Of a stretch of 64,000 nt of DNA, positions 41,096-55,335 are shown one piece after another; position 1 is the stretch's first letter; every line of letters begins with the position of its first letter. Below the pieces are notes generated by a model. It was given only the letters and a program-made list of their open reading frames with translations, was not told the DNA's origin and did no database searches. This DNA is from the human T2T-CHM13v2.0 reference genome, Homo sapiens, in NCBI RefSeq assembly GCF_009914755.1, contig NC_060948.1; one strand, 5' to 3'. The translations under genes were made by a program, and so were the position numbers.

Positions 41096-44000
41096 GAATT
41101 CATTGGAATGGAAGGGAATGTAGTGTAATGGACAGGCCTGGAATAAAGTGGAATGCTACGGTCTCGAATGGAATAAAAATGTATGGAATGGAATGCAATG
41201 AAACGGAATCGAATGTCATAGAATGTAATGGAATGCAAAAAAATGGAATCCAAAATCATTGACTGGAAAGGCTGGGTGTCGAAAGGAATTGACTCCAATG
41301 GAATGGAATCGAATGGAATGGAAGTGAATAGAATCGAACTAAATCGAATGGAATGGAATTGATAGGAACGGAATGGAAAGGAATGCAATGATTTGGCATG
41401 GAATGGAATCGAATGGCATCGAATGGAATGGAATGGAATGCAATGGAATGGAATGTATTAGAATGTAATGAACTTTAATGGAATGTACTCGAATGGATTC
41501 GACTGGAATGGAATGTTCTGGAAGTGAATGGACTCCAATGGAATGGATTCAAAAGGAATGGAATCGTACGGAATGGAATCTAATGGAATGGAATTAAATG
41601 GAAATGAATCAAATTGAATAGCACGGAATTGAATTGAATGGAATGGAATGCAATGGAATCTAATGAAACGGAAAGGAAAGGAATGGAATGGAATGGAATG
41701 GGCTGGAATGGAAAGGAATCGAAACGAATGGAATGGAATCGAACTGAAGAGACTGGAATGGAATGCACTGGAATGGAAGGGAGTGTAATGGAAGGTTCTC
41801 GAAAAAAATGGAATCGAATGGAATGGAATTGAATGGAACGGAATAGAGTCGAATGGAATTGAATGGAATGGAATGGACTAGAGTGAAATGGAATCGAACC
41901 ACAAGGAATGGACAGGAATAGAATGGTCTCGAATTGAATGGAATCGTATGGAATGGCATCAAACGGAATGGAATGGACAGCCACGGAATGGAATGCACTC
42001 GAATGCAATGGAGTCGAAACTAATGGACTGGAATAGAATGGACTCGACTGGTACGGACTCCAATGGAATGGAATCGAATGGAAGGGAATCGAACGGAATG
42101 GACTCGAAGGGAAAAGACTGCAATGGAAAGGTCTCGAATGGAATGGAAATTAATGGAATGGAATGGAATCGAATGAAATGGAGTCAAAAGGAATGGAATC
42201 GAATGGCAAGAAATCGAATGTAATGGAATCGCAAGGAATTGATGTGAACGGAACGGAATGGAATGGAATCCAAAGGAATGGAATAGAATGGAATGGAATC
42301 GAATGGAAAGGACTCGAATGGAAATCACTCGAATAGAATGCAATTTAATAAAATAGGATCAAATGGAATGGAATGGAATGGAAAGGAATCGAAACGAAAG
42401 GAATGGAGACAGATGGAATGGAATGGAACAGAGAGCAATGGTATAGAATGGAATGGAATCATCTGGAATGGAATTGAATGGAATGGAATAATATGAAATG
42501 GAATGGAATGGAATGGAATGGAATGCCCTTGAATTAAATGGACTGGAATGGAATGGACTCGAACAGAGTGGAATGGAAAGTGTTGAGATAGAATGCAATG
42601 GACTCCTTTGGAATGGTGTAGTATGCAATGCAATCGACTGGCAGGGAATCAAAAGGAATGTAATGGAATGGATTGGACTGGAATGCAATGGACTCGAATA
42701 GATTGGAAACGGAATGCAAAGGAATGGAATGGAATAGTATGGAATGGAATGGAAAGGAATGGAGTGGAATAGACTAGAGTGGAATGGAATGGACTGGAAA
42801 GCAATGGACTGGAATGGAACTTTCTTGAATGGACTGGAATCAAACGGAATGGAATGCAATGCAATCAAATGGCATGGAATAAAATAGAATGAAAGAGAAT
42901 CAAATGGAATTGAATCGAATGGAATCGAATGGATTGGAAAGGAATAGAATGGAATGGAATGGAATTGACTCAAATGGAATGGACTAGAATGGAATGGATT
43001 CGAATGGAAGGCAAAGGAATGGAATCTATTGGAATGGACTGTAATGGAATGGAATGGAAGGGATTGGAATGGACTCGAATGGAATGGACTGCAATAGAAA
43101 GGATTCGAATGGAATGAAAAAGAATTGAATGGAATAGAACAGAATGGAATCAAATCGAATGAAATGGAATGGAATAGAAAGGAATGGAATGAAATGGAAT
43201 GGAAAGGATTCGAATGGAATGCAATCGAATGGAATGGAATCGAACGGAATGGAATAAAATGGAAGAAAACTGGCAAGAAATGGAATCGAAATGAATGGAG
43301 TGTTATGGAACGGACTCAAAAGGAATTGAATGTAATAGAATGGAGTGGAGTGGACTCGAATATAATGGACTGGAATGGAATGAAATCACATGGAATGGGA
43401 ACGAATGGAATGGAATGGAAAGGAATGGAATCGAATGGAAAGGAATCGAATGGAAGGGAATGAAATTGAATCAACAGGAATGGAAGGGAATAGAATAGAC
43501 GGTAATGGAATGGACTCGAATAGAATGGACACGAATGCTGAAATTGAATGGACTCGAATGGAATGGAAACGAAAGGAATGTCATCGAATGGAATTGAATC
43601 GATTGGAATGAAATCGCATAGAATGGAGTGGAATCAAATGGAATTGAATCGAAAGGAAAGGAAGCGAATGGACTGAAATGAAATGGAATGGAATTGAATG
43701 GAAAGTAATGCAATGGAATAGAATGGAACGAAATTTCACGGAATGGAATCAAACTGAATGGAATCAAATCAATGGAATCAAATCAAATGGAATGGAAAGG
43801 AATTGAATGGAGTAGATTGGATTGGATGGGATTGGAATGAAATGTACTGGAAAGGACTCGAATTTCATGAAACGGAATGGAATGAATTGGAACGGAATGG
43901 ACTCGAATGGAATGGAATGTCATGGAATGGCATCAAATGGAATGGCATCAAATGGAATGGAATCGAATGCAATGGAATGCTATGGAATGGAATGGAATGC

Positions 44001-44664
44001 ATTGGAATGGAATGTCCTCTAATGGAATGGATTCGAGTGGAATGGAATCGAATATAATGGAGTCGAATGAAATGGAATTGAAAGGAGTGGGATCGAATAC
44101 AATGGAATATACTGGAATGTAATGTAATGAACTCGAATGTAATTGACTGGAATGGAATGTACATGAATGGAATGTAATCGAATGGAAAGTAATCCAATGG
44201 AATAGAATCTAATGCAATAAAACCGACTCAGATAGAGTAGAATGTAATGGAATGGAGTGCAGTGCAATGGAATGGAATGGAATGGAATGCAATGGAATGG
44301 AATGGAATGGAATGGAATGGAATTGAATGGAATGGAATGGGATGGAATGGGATGGAATGGATAGTAATGGACTGGAGTGAAATGGACTGGAAAGGAATGG
44401 ACTCAAATTGAAAGGGCTCGAAAGGAATGGAGTCAAATGGAATGGTCTGGAATGGAATGAACACGAATGTAATGCAATCCAATAGAATGGAATCGAATGG
44501 CATGGAATATAAAGAAATGGAATCGAAGAGAATGGAAACAAATGGAATGGAATTGAATGGAATGGAATTGAATGGAATGGGAACGAATGGAGTGAAATTG
44601 TATGCAGTAGAAGGGAATAGAATGGAATGCAAGCGAAAGGAAAGGAATGGATTGGAATGGAATG
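41096..44664. repeat. DYZ1 EcoRI unit 12, 3,569 bp
   Basis: GAATTC at 41096 and 44665. Confidence 0.9.
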
Positions 44665-47600
44665 GAATTCATTGGAATGGAAGGGAATGTAGTGTAATGG
44701 ACAGGCCTGGAATAAAGTGGAATGCTACGGTCTCGAATGGAATAAAAATGTATGGAATGGAATGCAATGAAACGGAATCGAATGTCATAGAATGTAATGG
44801 AATGCAAAAAAATGGAATCCAAAATCATTGACTGGAAAGGCTGGGTGTCGAAAGGAATTGACTCCAATGGAATGGAATCGAATGGAATGGAAGTGAATAG
44901 AATCGAACTAAATCGAATGGAATGGAATTGATAGGAACGGAATGGAAAGGAATGCAATGATTTGGCATGGAATGGAATCGAATGGCATCGAATGGAATGG
45001 AATGGAATGCAATGGAATGGAATGTATTAGAATGTAATGAACTTTAATGGAATGTACTCGAATGGATTCGACTGGAATGGAATGTTCTGGAAGTGAATGG
45101 ACTCCAATGGAATGGATTCAAAAGGAATGGAATCGTACGGAATGGAATCTAATGGAATGGAATTAAATGGAAATGAATCAAATTGAATAGCACGGAATTG
45201 AATTGAATGGAATGGAATGCAATGGAATCTAATGAAACGGAAAGGAAAGGAATGGAATGGAATGGAATGGGCTGGAATGGAAAGGAATCGAAACGAATGG
45301 AATGGAATCGAACTGAAGAGACTGGAATGGAATGCACTGGAATGGAAGGGAGTGTAATGGAAGGTTCTCGAAAAAAATGGAATGGAATGGAATGGAATTG
45401 AATGGAACGGAATAGAGTCGAATGGAATTGAATGGAATGGAATGGACTAGAGTGAAATGGAATCGAACCACAAGGAATGGACAGGAATAGAATGGTCTCG
45501 AATTGAATGGAATCGTATGGAATGGCATCAAACGGAATGGAATGGACAGCCACGGAATGGAATGCACTCGAATGCAATGGAGTCGAAACTAATGGACTGG
45601 AATAGAATGGACTCGACTGGTACGGACTCCAATGGAATGGAATCGAATGGAAGGGAATCGAACGGAATGGACTCGAAGGGAAAAGACTGCAATGGAAAGG
45701 TCTCGAATGGAATGGAAATTAATGGAATGGAATGGAATCGAATGAAATGGAGTCAAAAGGAATGGAATCGAATGGCAAGAAATCGAATGTAATGGAATCG
45801 CAAGGAATTGATGTGAACGGAACGGAATGGAATGGAATCCAAAGGAATGGAATAGAATGGAATGGAATCGAATGGAAAGGACTCGAATGGAAATCACTCG
45901 AATAGAATGCAATTTAATAAAATAGGATCAAATGGAATGGAATGGAATGGAAAGGAATCGAAATGAAAGGAATGGAGACAGATGGAATGGAATGGAACAG
46001 AGAGCAATGGTATAGAATGGAATGGAATCATCTGGAATGGAATTGAATGGAATGGAATAATATGAAATGGAATGGAATGGAATGGAATGGAATGCCCTTG
46101 AATTAAATGGACTGGAATGGAATGGACTCGAACAGAGTGGAATGGAAAGTGTTGAGATAGAATGCAATGGACTCCTTTGGAATGGTGTAGTATGCAATGC
46201 AATCGACTGGCAGGGAATCAAAAGGAATGTAATGGAATGGATTGGACTGGAATGCAATGGACTCGAATAGATTGGAAACGGAATGCAAAGGAATGGAATG
46301 GAATAGTATGGAATGGAATGGAAAGGAATGGAGTGGAATAGACTAGAGTGGAATGGAATGGACTGGAAAGCAATGGACTGGAATGGAACTTTCTTGAATG
46401 GACTGGAATCAAACGGAATGGAATGCAATGCAATCAAATGGCATGGAATAAAATAGAATGAAAGAGAATCAAATGGAATTGAATCGAATGGAATCGAATG
46501 GATTGGAAAGGAATAGAATGGAATGGAATTGAATTGACTCAAATGGAATGGACTAGAATGGAATGGATTCGAATGGAAGGCAAAGGAATGGAATCTATTG
46601 GAATGGACTGTAATGGAATGGAATGGAAGGGATTGGAATGGACTCGAATGGAATGGACTGCAATAGAAAGGATTCGAATGGAATGAAAAAGAATTGAATG
46701 GAATAGAACAGAATGGAATCAAATCGAATGAAATGGAATGGAATAGAAAGGAATGGAATGAAATGGAATGGAAAGGATTCGAATGGAATGCAATCGAATG
46801 GAATGGAATCGAACGGAATGGAATAAAATGGAAGAAAACTGGCAAGAAATGGAATCGAAATGAATGGAGTGTTATGGAACGGACTCAAAAGGAATTGAAT
46901 GTAATAGAATGGAGTGGAGTGGACTCGAATATAATGGACTGGAATGGAATGAAATCACAAGGAATGGGAACGAATGGAATGGAATGGAAAGGAATGGAAT
47001 CGAATGGAAAGGAATCGAATGGAAGGGAATGAAATTGAATCAACAGGAATGGAAGGGAATAGAATAGACGGTAATGGAATGGACTCGAATAGAATGGACA
47101 CGAATGCTCAAATTGAATGGACTCGAATGGAATGGAAACGAAAGGAATGTCATCGAATGGAATTGAATGGATTGGAATGAAATCGCATAGAATGGAGTGG
47201 AATCAAATGGAATTGAATCGAAAGGAAAGGAAGCGAATGGACTGAAATGAAATGGAATGGAATTGAATGGAAAGTAATGCAATGGAATAGAATGGAACGA
47301 AATTTCACGGAATGGAATCAAACTGAATGGAATCAAATCAATGGAATCAAATCAATGGAATCAATTCAAATGGAATGGAAAGGAATTGAATGGAGTAGAT
47401 TGGATTGGATGGGATTGGAATGAAATGTACTGGAAAGGACTCGAATTTCATGAAACGGAATGGAATGAATTGGAACGGAATGGACTCGAATGGAATGGAA
47501 TGTCATGGAATGGCATCAAATGGAATGGCATCAAATGGAATGGAATCGAATGCAATGGAATGCTATGGAATGGAATGGAATGCATTGGAATGGAATGTCC

Positions 47601-48247
47601 TGTAATGGAATGGATTCGAGTGGAATGGAATCGAATATAATGGAGTCGAATGAAATGGAATTGAAAGGAATGGGATCGAATACAATGGAATATACTGGAA
47701 TGTAATGTAATGAACTCGAATGTAATTGACTGGAATGGAATGTACATGAATGGAATGTAATCGAATGGAAAGTAATCCAATGGAATAGAATCTAATGCAA
47801 TAAAATCGACTCAGATAGAGTAGAATGTAATGGAATGGAGTGCAGTGCAATGGAATGGAATGGAATGGAATGCAATGGAATGGAATGGAATGGAATGGAA
47901 TGGAATGGAATGGGATGGATTGGGATGGAATGGGATGGAATGGATAGTAATGGACTGGAGTGAAATGGACTGGAAAGGAATGGACTCAAATTGATAGGGC
48001 TCGAAAGGAATGGAGTCAAATGGAATGGTCTGGAATGGAATGAACACGAATGTAATGCAATCCAATAGAATGGAATCGAATGGCATGGAATATAAAGAAA
48101 TGGAATCGAAGAGAATGGAAACAAATGGAATGGAATTGAATGGAATGGAATTGAATGGAATGGGAACGAATGGAGTGAAATTGTATGCAGTAGAAGGGAA
48201 TAGAATGGAATGCAAGCGAAAGGAAAGGAATGGATTGGAATGGAATG
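44665..48247. repeat. DYZ1 EcoRI unit 13, 3,583 bp (+14)
   Basis: GAATTC at 44665 and 48248; third copy of ATGGAATCAAATCA at 47327-47368. Confidence 0.9.
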
Positions 48248-51200
48248 GAATTCATTGGAATGGAAGGGAATGTAGTGTAATGGACAGGCCTGGAATAAAG
48301 TGGAATGCTACGGTCTCGAATGGAATAAAAATGTATGGAATGGAATGCAATGAAACGGAATCGAATGTCATAGAATGTAATGGAATGCAAAAAAATGGAA
48401 TCCAAAATCATTGACTGGAAAGGCTGGGTGTCGAAAGGAATTGACTCCAATGGAATGGAATCGAATGGAATGGAAGTGAATAGAATCGAACTAAATCGAA
48501 TGGAATGGAATTGATAGGAACGGAATGGAAAGGAATGCAATGATTTGGCATGGAATGGAATCGAATGGCATCGAATGGAATGGAATGGAATGCAATGGAA
48601 TGGAATGTATTAGAATGTAATGAACTTTAATGGAATGTACTCGAATGGATTCGACTGGAATGGAATCGTACGGAATGGAATCTAATGGAATGGAATTAAA
48701 TGGAAATGAATCAAATTGAATAGCACGGAATTGAATTGAATGGAATGGAATGCAATGGAATCTAATGAAACGGAAAGGAAAGGAATGGAATGGAATGGAA
48801 TGGGCTGGAATGGAAAGGAATCGAAACGAATGGAATGGAATCGAACTGAAGAGACTGGAATGGAATGCACTGGAATGGAAGGGAGTGTAATGGAAGGTTC
48901 TCGAAAAAAATGGAATGGAATGGAATGGAATTGAATGGAACGGAATAGAGTCGAATGGAATTGAATGGAATGGAATGGACTAGAGTGAAATGGAATCGAA
49001 CCACAAGGAATGGACAGGAATAGAATGGTCTCGAATTGAATGGAATCGTATGGAATGGCATCAAACGGAATGGAATGGACAGCCACGGAATGGAATGCAC
49101 TCGAATGCAATGGAGTCGAAACTAATGGACTGGAATAGAATGGACTCGACTGGTACGGACTCCAATGGAATGGAATCGAATGGAAGGGAATCGAACGGAA
49201 TGGACTCGAAGGGAAAAGACTGCAATGGAAAGGTCTCGAATGGAATGGAAATTAATGGAATGGAATGGAATCGAATGAAATGGAGTCAAAAGGAATGGAA
49301 TCGAATGGCAAGAAATCGAATGTAATGGAATCGCAAGGAATTGATGTGAACGGAACGGAATGGAATGGAATCCAAAGGAATGGAATAGAATGGAATGGAA
49401 TCGAATGGAAAGGACTCGAATGGAAATCACTCGAATAGAATGCAATTTAATAAAATAGGATCAAATGTAATGGAATGGAATGGAAAGGAATCGAAACGAA
49501 AGGAATGGAGACAGATGGAATGGAATGGAACAGAGTGCAATGGTATAGAATGGAATGGAATCATCTGGAATGGAATTGAATGGAATGGAATAATATGAAA
49601 TGGAATGGAATGGAATGGAATGGAATGCCCTTGAATTAAATGGACTGGAATGGAATGGACTCGAACAGAGTGGAATGGAAAGTGTTGAGATAGAATGGAA
49701 TGGACTCCTTTGGAATGGTGTAGTATGCAATGCAATCGACTGGCAGGGAATCAAAAGGAATGTAATGGAATGGATTGGACTGGAATGCAATGGACTCGAA
49801 TAGATTGGAAACGGAATGCAAAGGAATGGAATGGAATAGTATGGAATGGAATGGAAAGGAATGGAGTGGAATAGACTAGAGTGGAATGCAATGGACTGGA
49901 AAGCAATGGACTGGAATGGAACTTTCTTGAATGGACTGGAATCAAACGGAATGGAATGCAATGCAATCAAATGGCATGGAATAAAATAGAATGAAAGAGA
50001 ATCAAATGGAATTGAATCGAATGGAATCGAATGGATTGGAAAGGAATAGAATGGAATGGAATGGAATTGACTCAAATGGAATGGACTAGAATGGAATGGA
50101 TTCGAATGGAAGGCAAAGGAATGGAATCTATTGGAATGGACTGTAATGGAATGGAATGGAAGGGATTGGAATGGACTCGAATGGAATGGACTGCAATAGA
50201 AAGGATTCGAATGGAATGAAAAAGAATTGAATGGAATAGAACAGAATGGAATCAAATCGAATGAAATGGAATGGAATAGAAAGGAATGGAATGAAATGGA
50301 ATGGAAAGGATTCGAATGGAATGCAATCGAATGGAATGGAATCGAACGGAATGGAATAAAATGGAAGAAAACTGGCAAGAAATGGAATCGAAATGAATGG
50401 AGTGTTATGGAACGGACTCAAAAGGAATTGAATGTAATAGAATGGAGTGGAGTGGACTCGAATATAATGGACTGGAATGGAATGAAATCACATGGAATGG
50501 GAACGAATGGAATGGAATGGAAAGGAATGGAATCGAATGGAAAGGAATCGAATGGAAGGGAATGAAATTGAATCAACAGGAATGGAAGGGAATAGAATAG
50601 ACGGTAATGGAATGGACTCGAATAGAATGGACACGAATGCTGAAATGGAATGGACTCGAATGGAATGGAAACGAAAGGAATGTCATCGAATGGAATTGAA
50701 TCGATTGGAATGAAATCGCATAGAATGGAGTGGAATCAAATGGAATTGAATCGAAAGGAAAGGAAGCGAATGGACTGAAATGAAATGGAATGGAATTGAA
50801 TGGAAAGTAATGCAATGGAATAGAATGGAACGAAATTTCACGGAATGGAATCAAACTGAATGGAATCAAATCAATGGAATCAAATCAAATGGAATGGAAA
50901 GGAATTGAATGGAGTAGATTGGATTGGATGGGATTGGAATGAAATGTACTGGAAAGGACTCGAATTTCATGAAACGGAATGGAATGAATTGGAACGGAAT
51001 GGACTCGAATGGAATGGAATGTCATGGAATGGCATCAAATGGAATGGCATCAAATGGAATGGAATCGAATGCAATGGAATGCTATGGAATGGAATGGAAT
51101 GCATTGGAATGGAATGTCCTCTAATGGAATGGATTCGAGTGGAATGGAATCGAATATAATGGAGTCGAATGAAATGGAATTGAAAGGAGTGGGATCGAAT

Positions 51201-51766
51201 ACAATGGAATATACTGGAATGTAATGTAATGAACTCGAATGTAATTGACTGGAATGGAATGTACATGAATGGAATGTAATCGAATGGAAAGTAATCCAAT
51301 GGAATAGAATCTAATGCAATAAAACCGACTCAGATAGAGTAGAATGTAATGGAATGGAGTGCAGTGCAATGGAATGGAATGGAATGGAATGCAATGGAAT
51401 GGAATGGAATGGAATGCAATGGAATTGAATGGAATGGAATGGGATGGAATGGGATGGAATGGATAGTAATGGACTGGAGTGAAATGGACTGGAAAGGAAT
51501 GGACTCAAATTGAAAGGGCTCGAAAGGAATGGAGTCAAATGGAATGGTCTGGAATGGAATGAACACGAATGTAATGCAATCCAATAGAATGGAATCGAAT
51601 GGCATGGAATATAAAGAAATGGAATCGAAGAGAATGGAAACAAATGGAATGGAATTGAATGGAATGGAATTGAATGGAATGGGAACGAATGGAGTGAAAT
51701 TGTATGCAGTAGAAGGGAATAGAATGGAATGCAAGCGAAAGGAAAGGAATGGATTGGAATGGAATG
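48248..51766. repeat. DYZ1 EcoRI unit 14, 3,519 bp (-50)
   Basis: GAATTC at 48248 and 51767; 50-bp deletion at ~48657-48666. Confidence 0.9.
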
Positions 51767-54700
51767 GAATTCATTGGAATGGAAGGGAATGTAGTGTAAT
51801 GGACAGGCCTGGAATAAAGTGGAATGCTACGGTCTCGAATGGAATAAAAATGTATGGAATGGAATGCAATGAAACGGAATCGAATGTCATAGAATGTAAT
51901 GGAATGCAAAAAAATGGAATCCAAAATCATTGACTGGAAAGGCTGGGTGTCGAAAGGAATTGACTCCAATGGAATGGAATCGAATGGAATGGAAGTGAAT
52001 AGAATCGAACTAAATCGAATGGAATGGAATTGATAGGAACGGAATGGAAAGGAATGCAATGATTTGGCATGGAATGGAATCGAATGGCATCGAATGGAAT
52101 GGAATGGAATGCAATGGAATGGAATGTATTAGAATGTAATGAACTTTAATGGAATGTACTCGAATGGATTCGACTGGAATGGAATGTTCTGGAAGTGAAT
52201 GGACTCCAATGGAATGGATTCAAAAGGAATGGAATCGTACGGAATGGAATCTAATGGAATGGAATTAAATGGAAATGAATCAAATTGAATAGCACGGAAT
52301 TGAATTGAATGGAATGGAATGCAATGGAATCTAATGAAACGGAAAGGAAAGGAATGGAATGGAATGGAATGGGCTGGAATGGAAAGGAATCGAAACGAAT
52401 GGAATGGAATCGAACTGAAGAGACTGGAATGGAATGCACTGGAATGGAAGGGAGTGTAATGGAAGGTTCTCGAAAAAAATGGAATCGAATGGAATGGAAT
52501 TGAATGGAACGGAATAGAGTCGAATGGAATTGAATGGAATGGAATGGACTAGAGTGAAATGGAATCGAACCACAAGGAATGGACAGGAATAGAATGGTCT
52601 CGAATTGAATGGAATCGTATGGAATGGCATCAAACGGAATGGAATGGACAGCCACGGAATGGAATGCACTCGAATGCAATGGAGTCGAAACTAATGGACT
52701 GGAATAGAATGGACTCGACTGGTACGGACTCCAATGGAATGGAATCGAATGGAAGGGAATCGAACGGAATGGACTCGAAGGGAAAAGACTGCAATGGAAA
52801 GGTCTCGAATGGAATGGAAATTAATGGAATGGAATGGAATCGAATGAAATGGAGTCAAAAGGAATGGAATCGAATGGCAAGAAATCGAATGTAATGGAAT
52901 CGCAAGGAATTGATGTGAACGGAACGGAATGGAATGGAATCCAAAGGAATGGAATAGAATGGAATGGAATCGAATGGAAAGGACTCGAATGGAAATCACT
53001 CGAATAGAATGCAATTTAATAAAATAGGATCAAATGGAATGGAATGGAATGGAAAGGAATCGAAACGAAAGGAATGGAGACAGATGGAATGGAATGGAAC
53101 AGAGAGCAATGGTATAGAATGGAATGGAATCATCTGGAATGGAATTGAATGGAATGGAATAATATGAAATGGAATGGAATGGAATGGAATGGAATGTCCT
53201 TGAATTAAATGGACTGGAATGGAATGGACTCGAACAGAGTGGAATGGAAAGTGTTGAGATAGAATGCAATGGACTCCTTTGGAATGGTGTAGTATGCAAT
53301 GCAATCGACTGGCAGGGAATCAAAAGGAATGTAATGGAATGGATTGGACTGGAATGCAATGGACTCGAATAGATTGGAAACGGAATGCAAAGGAATGGAA
53401 TGGAATAGTATGGAATGGAATGGAAAGGAATGGAGTGGAATAGACTAGAGTGGAATGGAATGGACTGGAAAGCAATGGACTGGAATGGAACTTTCTTGAA
53501 TGGACTGGAATCAAACGGAATGGAATGCAATGCAATCAAATGGCATGGAATAAAATAGAATGAAAGAGAATCAAATGGAATTGAATCGAATGGAATCGAA
53601 TGGATTGGAAAGGAATAGAATGGAATGGAATGGAATTGACTCAAATGGAATGGACTAGAATGGAATGGATTCGAATGGAAGGCAAAGGAATGGAATCTAT
53701 TGGAATGGACTGTAATGGAATGGAATGGAAGGGATTGGAATGGACTCGAATGGAATGGACTGCAATAGAAAGGATTCGAATGGAATGAAAAAGAATTGAA
53801 TGGAATAGAACAGAATGGAATCAAATCGAATGAAATGGAATGGAATAGAAAGGAATGGAATGAAATGGAATGGAAAGGATTCGAATGGAATGCAATCGAA
53901 TGGAATGGAATCGAACGGAATGGAATAAAATGGAAGAAAACTGGCAAGAAATGGAATCGAAATGAATGGAGTGTTATGGAACGGACTCAAAAGGAATTGA
54001 ATGTAATAGAATGGAGTGGAGTGGACTCGAATATAATGGACTGGAATGGAATGAAATCACAAGGAATGGGAACGAATGGAATGGAATGGAAAGGAATGGA
54101 ATCGAATGGAAAGGAATCGAATGGAAGGGAATGAAATTGAATCAACAGGAATGGAAGGGAATAGAATAGACGGTAATGGAATGGACTCGAATAGAATGGA
54201 CACGAATGCTCAAATTGAATGGACTCGAATGGAATGGAAACGAAAGGAATGTCATCGAATGGAATTGAATGGATTGGAATGAAATCGCATAGAATGGAGT
54301 GGAATCAAATGGAATTGAATCGAAAGGAAAGGAAGCGAATGGACTGAAATGAAATGGAATGGAATTGAATGGAAAGTAATGCAATGGAATAGAATGGAAC
54401 GAAATTTCACGGAATGGAATCAAACTGAATGGAATCAAATCAATGGAATCAAATCAAATGGAATGGAAAGGAATTGAATGGAGTAGATTGGATTGGATGG
54501 GATTGGAATGAAATGTACTGGAAAGGACTCGAATTTCATGAAACGGTATGGAATGAATTGGAACGGAATGGACTCGAATGGAATGGAATGTCATGGAATG
54601 GCATCAAATGGAATGGCATCAAATGGAATGGAATCGAATGCAATGGAATGCTATGGAATGGAATGGAATGCATTGGAATGGAATGTCCTGTAATGGAATG

Positions 54701-55335
54701 GATTCGAGTGGAATGGAATCGAATATAATGGAGTCGAATGAAATGGAATTGAAAGGAATGGGATCGAATACAATGGAATATACTGGAATGTAATGTAATG
54801 AACTCGAATGTAATTGACTGGAATGGAATGTACATGAATGGAATGTAATCGAATGGAAAGTAATCCAATGGAATAGAATCTAATGCAATAAAACCGACTC
54901 AGATAGAGTAGAATGTAATGGAATGGAGTGCAGTGCAATGGAATGGAATGGAATGGAATGCAATGGAATGGAATGGAATGGAATGGAATGGAATGGAATG
55001 GGATGGAATGGGATGGAATGGTATGGAATGGATAGTAATGGACTGGAGTGAAATGGACTGGAAAGGAATGGTCTCAAATTGAAAGGGCTCGAAAGGAATG
55101 GAGTCAAATGGAATGGTCTGGAATGGAATGAACACGAATGTAATGCAATCCAATAGAATGGAATCGAATGGCATGGAATATAAAGAAATGGAATCGAAGA
55201 GAATGGAAACAAATGGAATGGAATTGAATGGAATGGAATTGAATGGAATGGGAACGAATGGAGTGAAATTGTATGCAGTAGAAGGGAATAGAATGGAATG
55301 CAAGCGAAAGGAAAGGAATGGATTGGAATGGAATG
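51767..55335. repeat. DYZ1 EcoRI unit 15, 3,569 bp
   Basis: GAATTC at 51767 and 55336. Confidence 0.9.
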
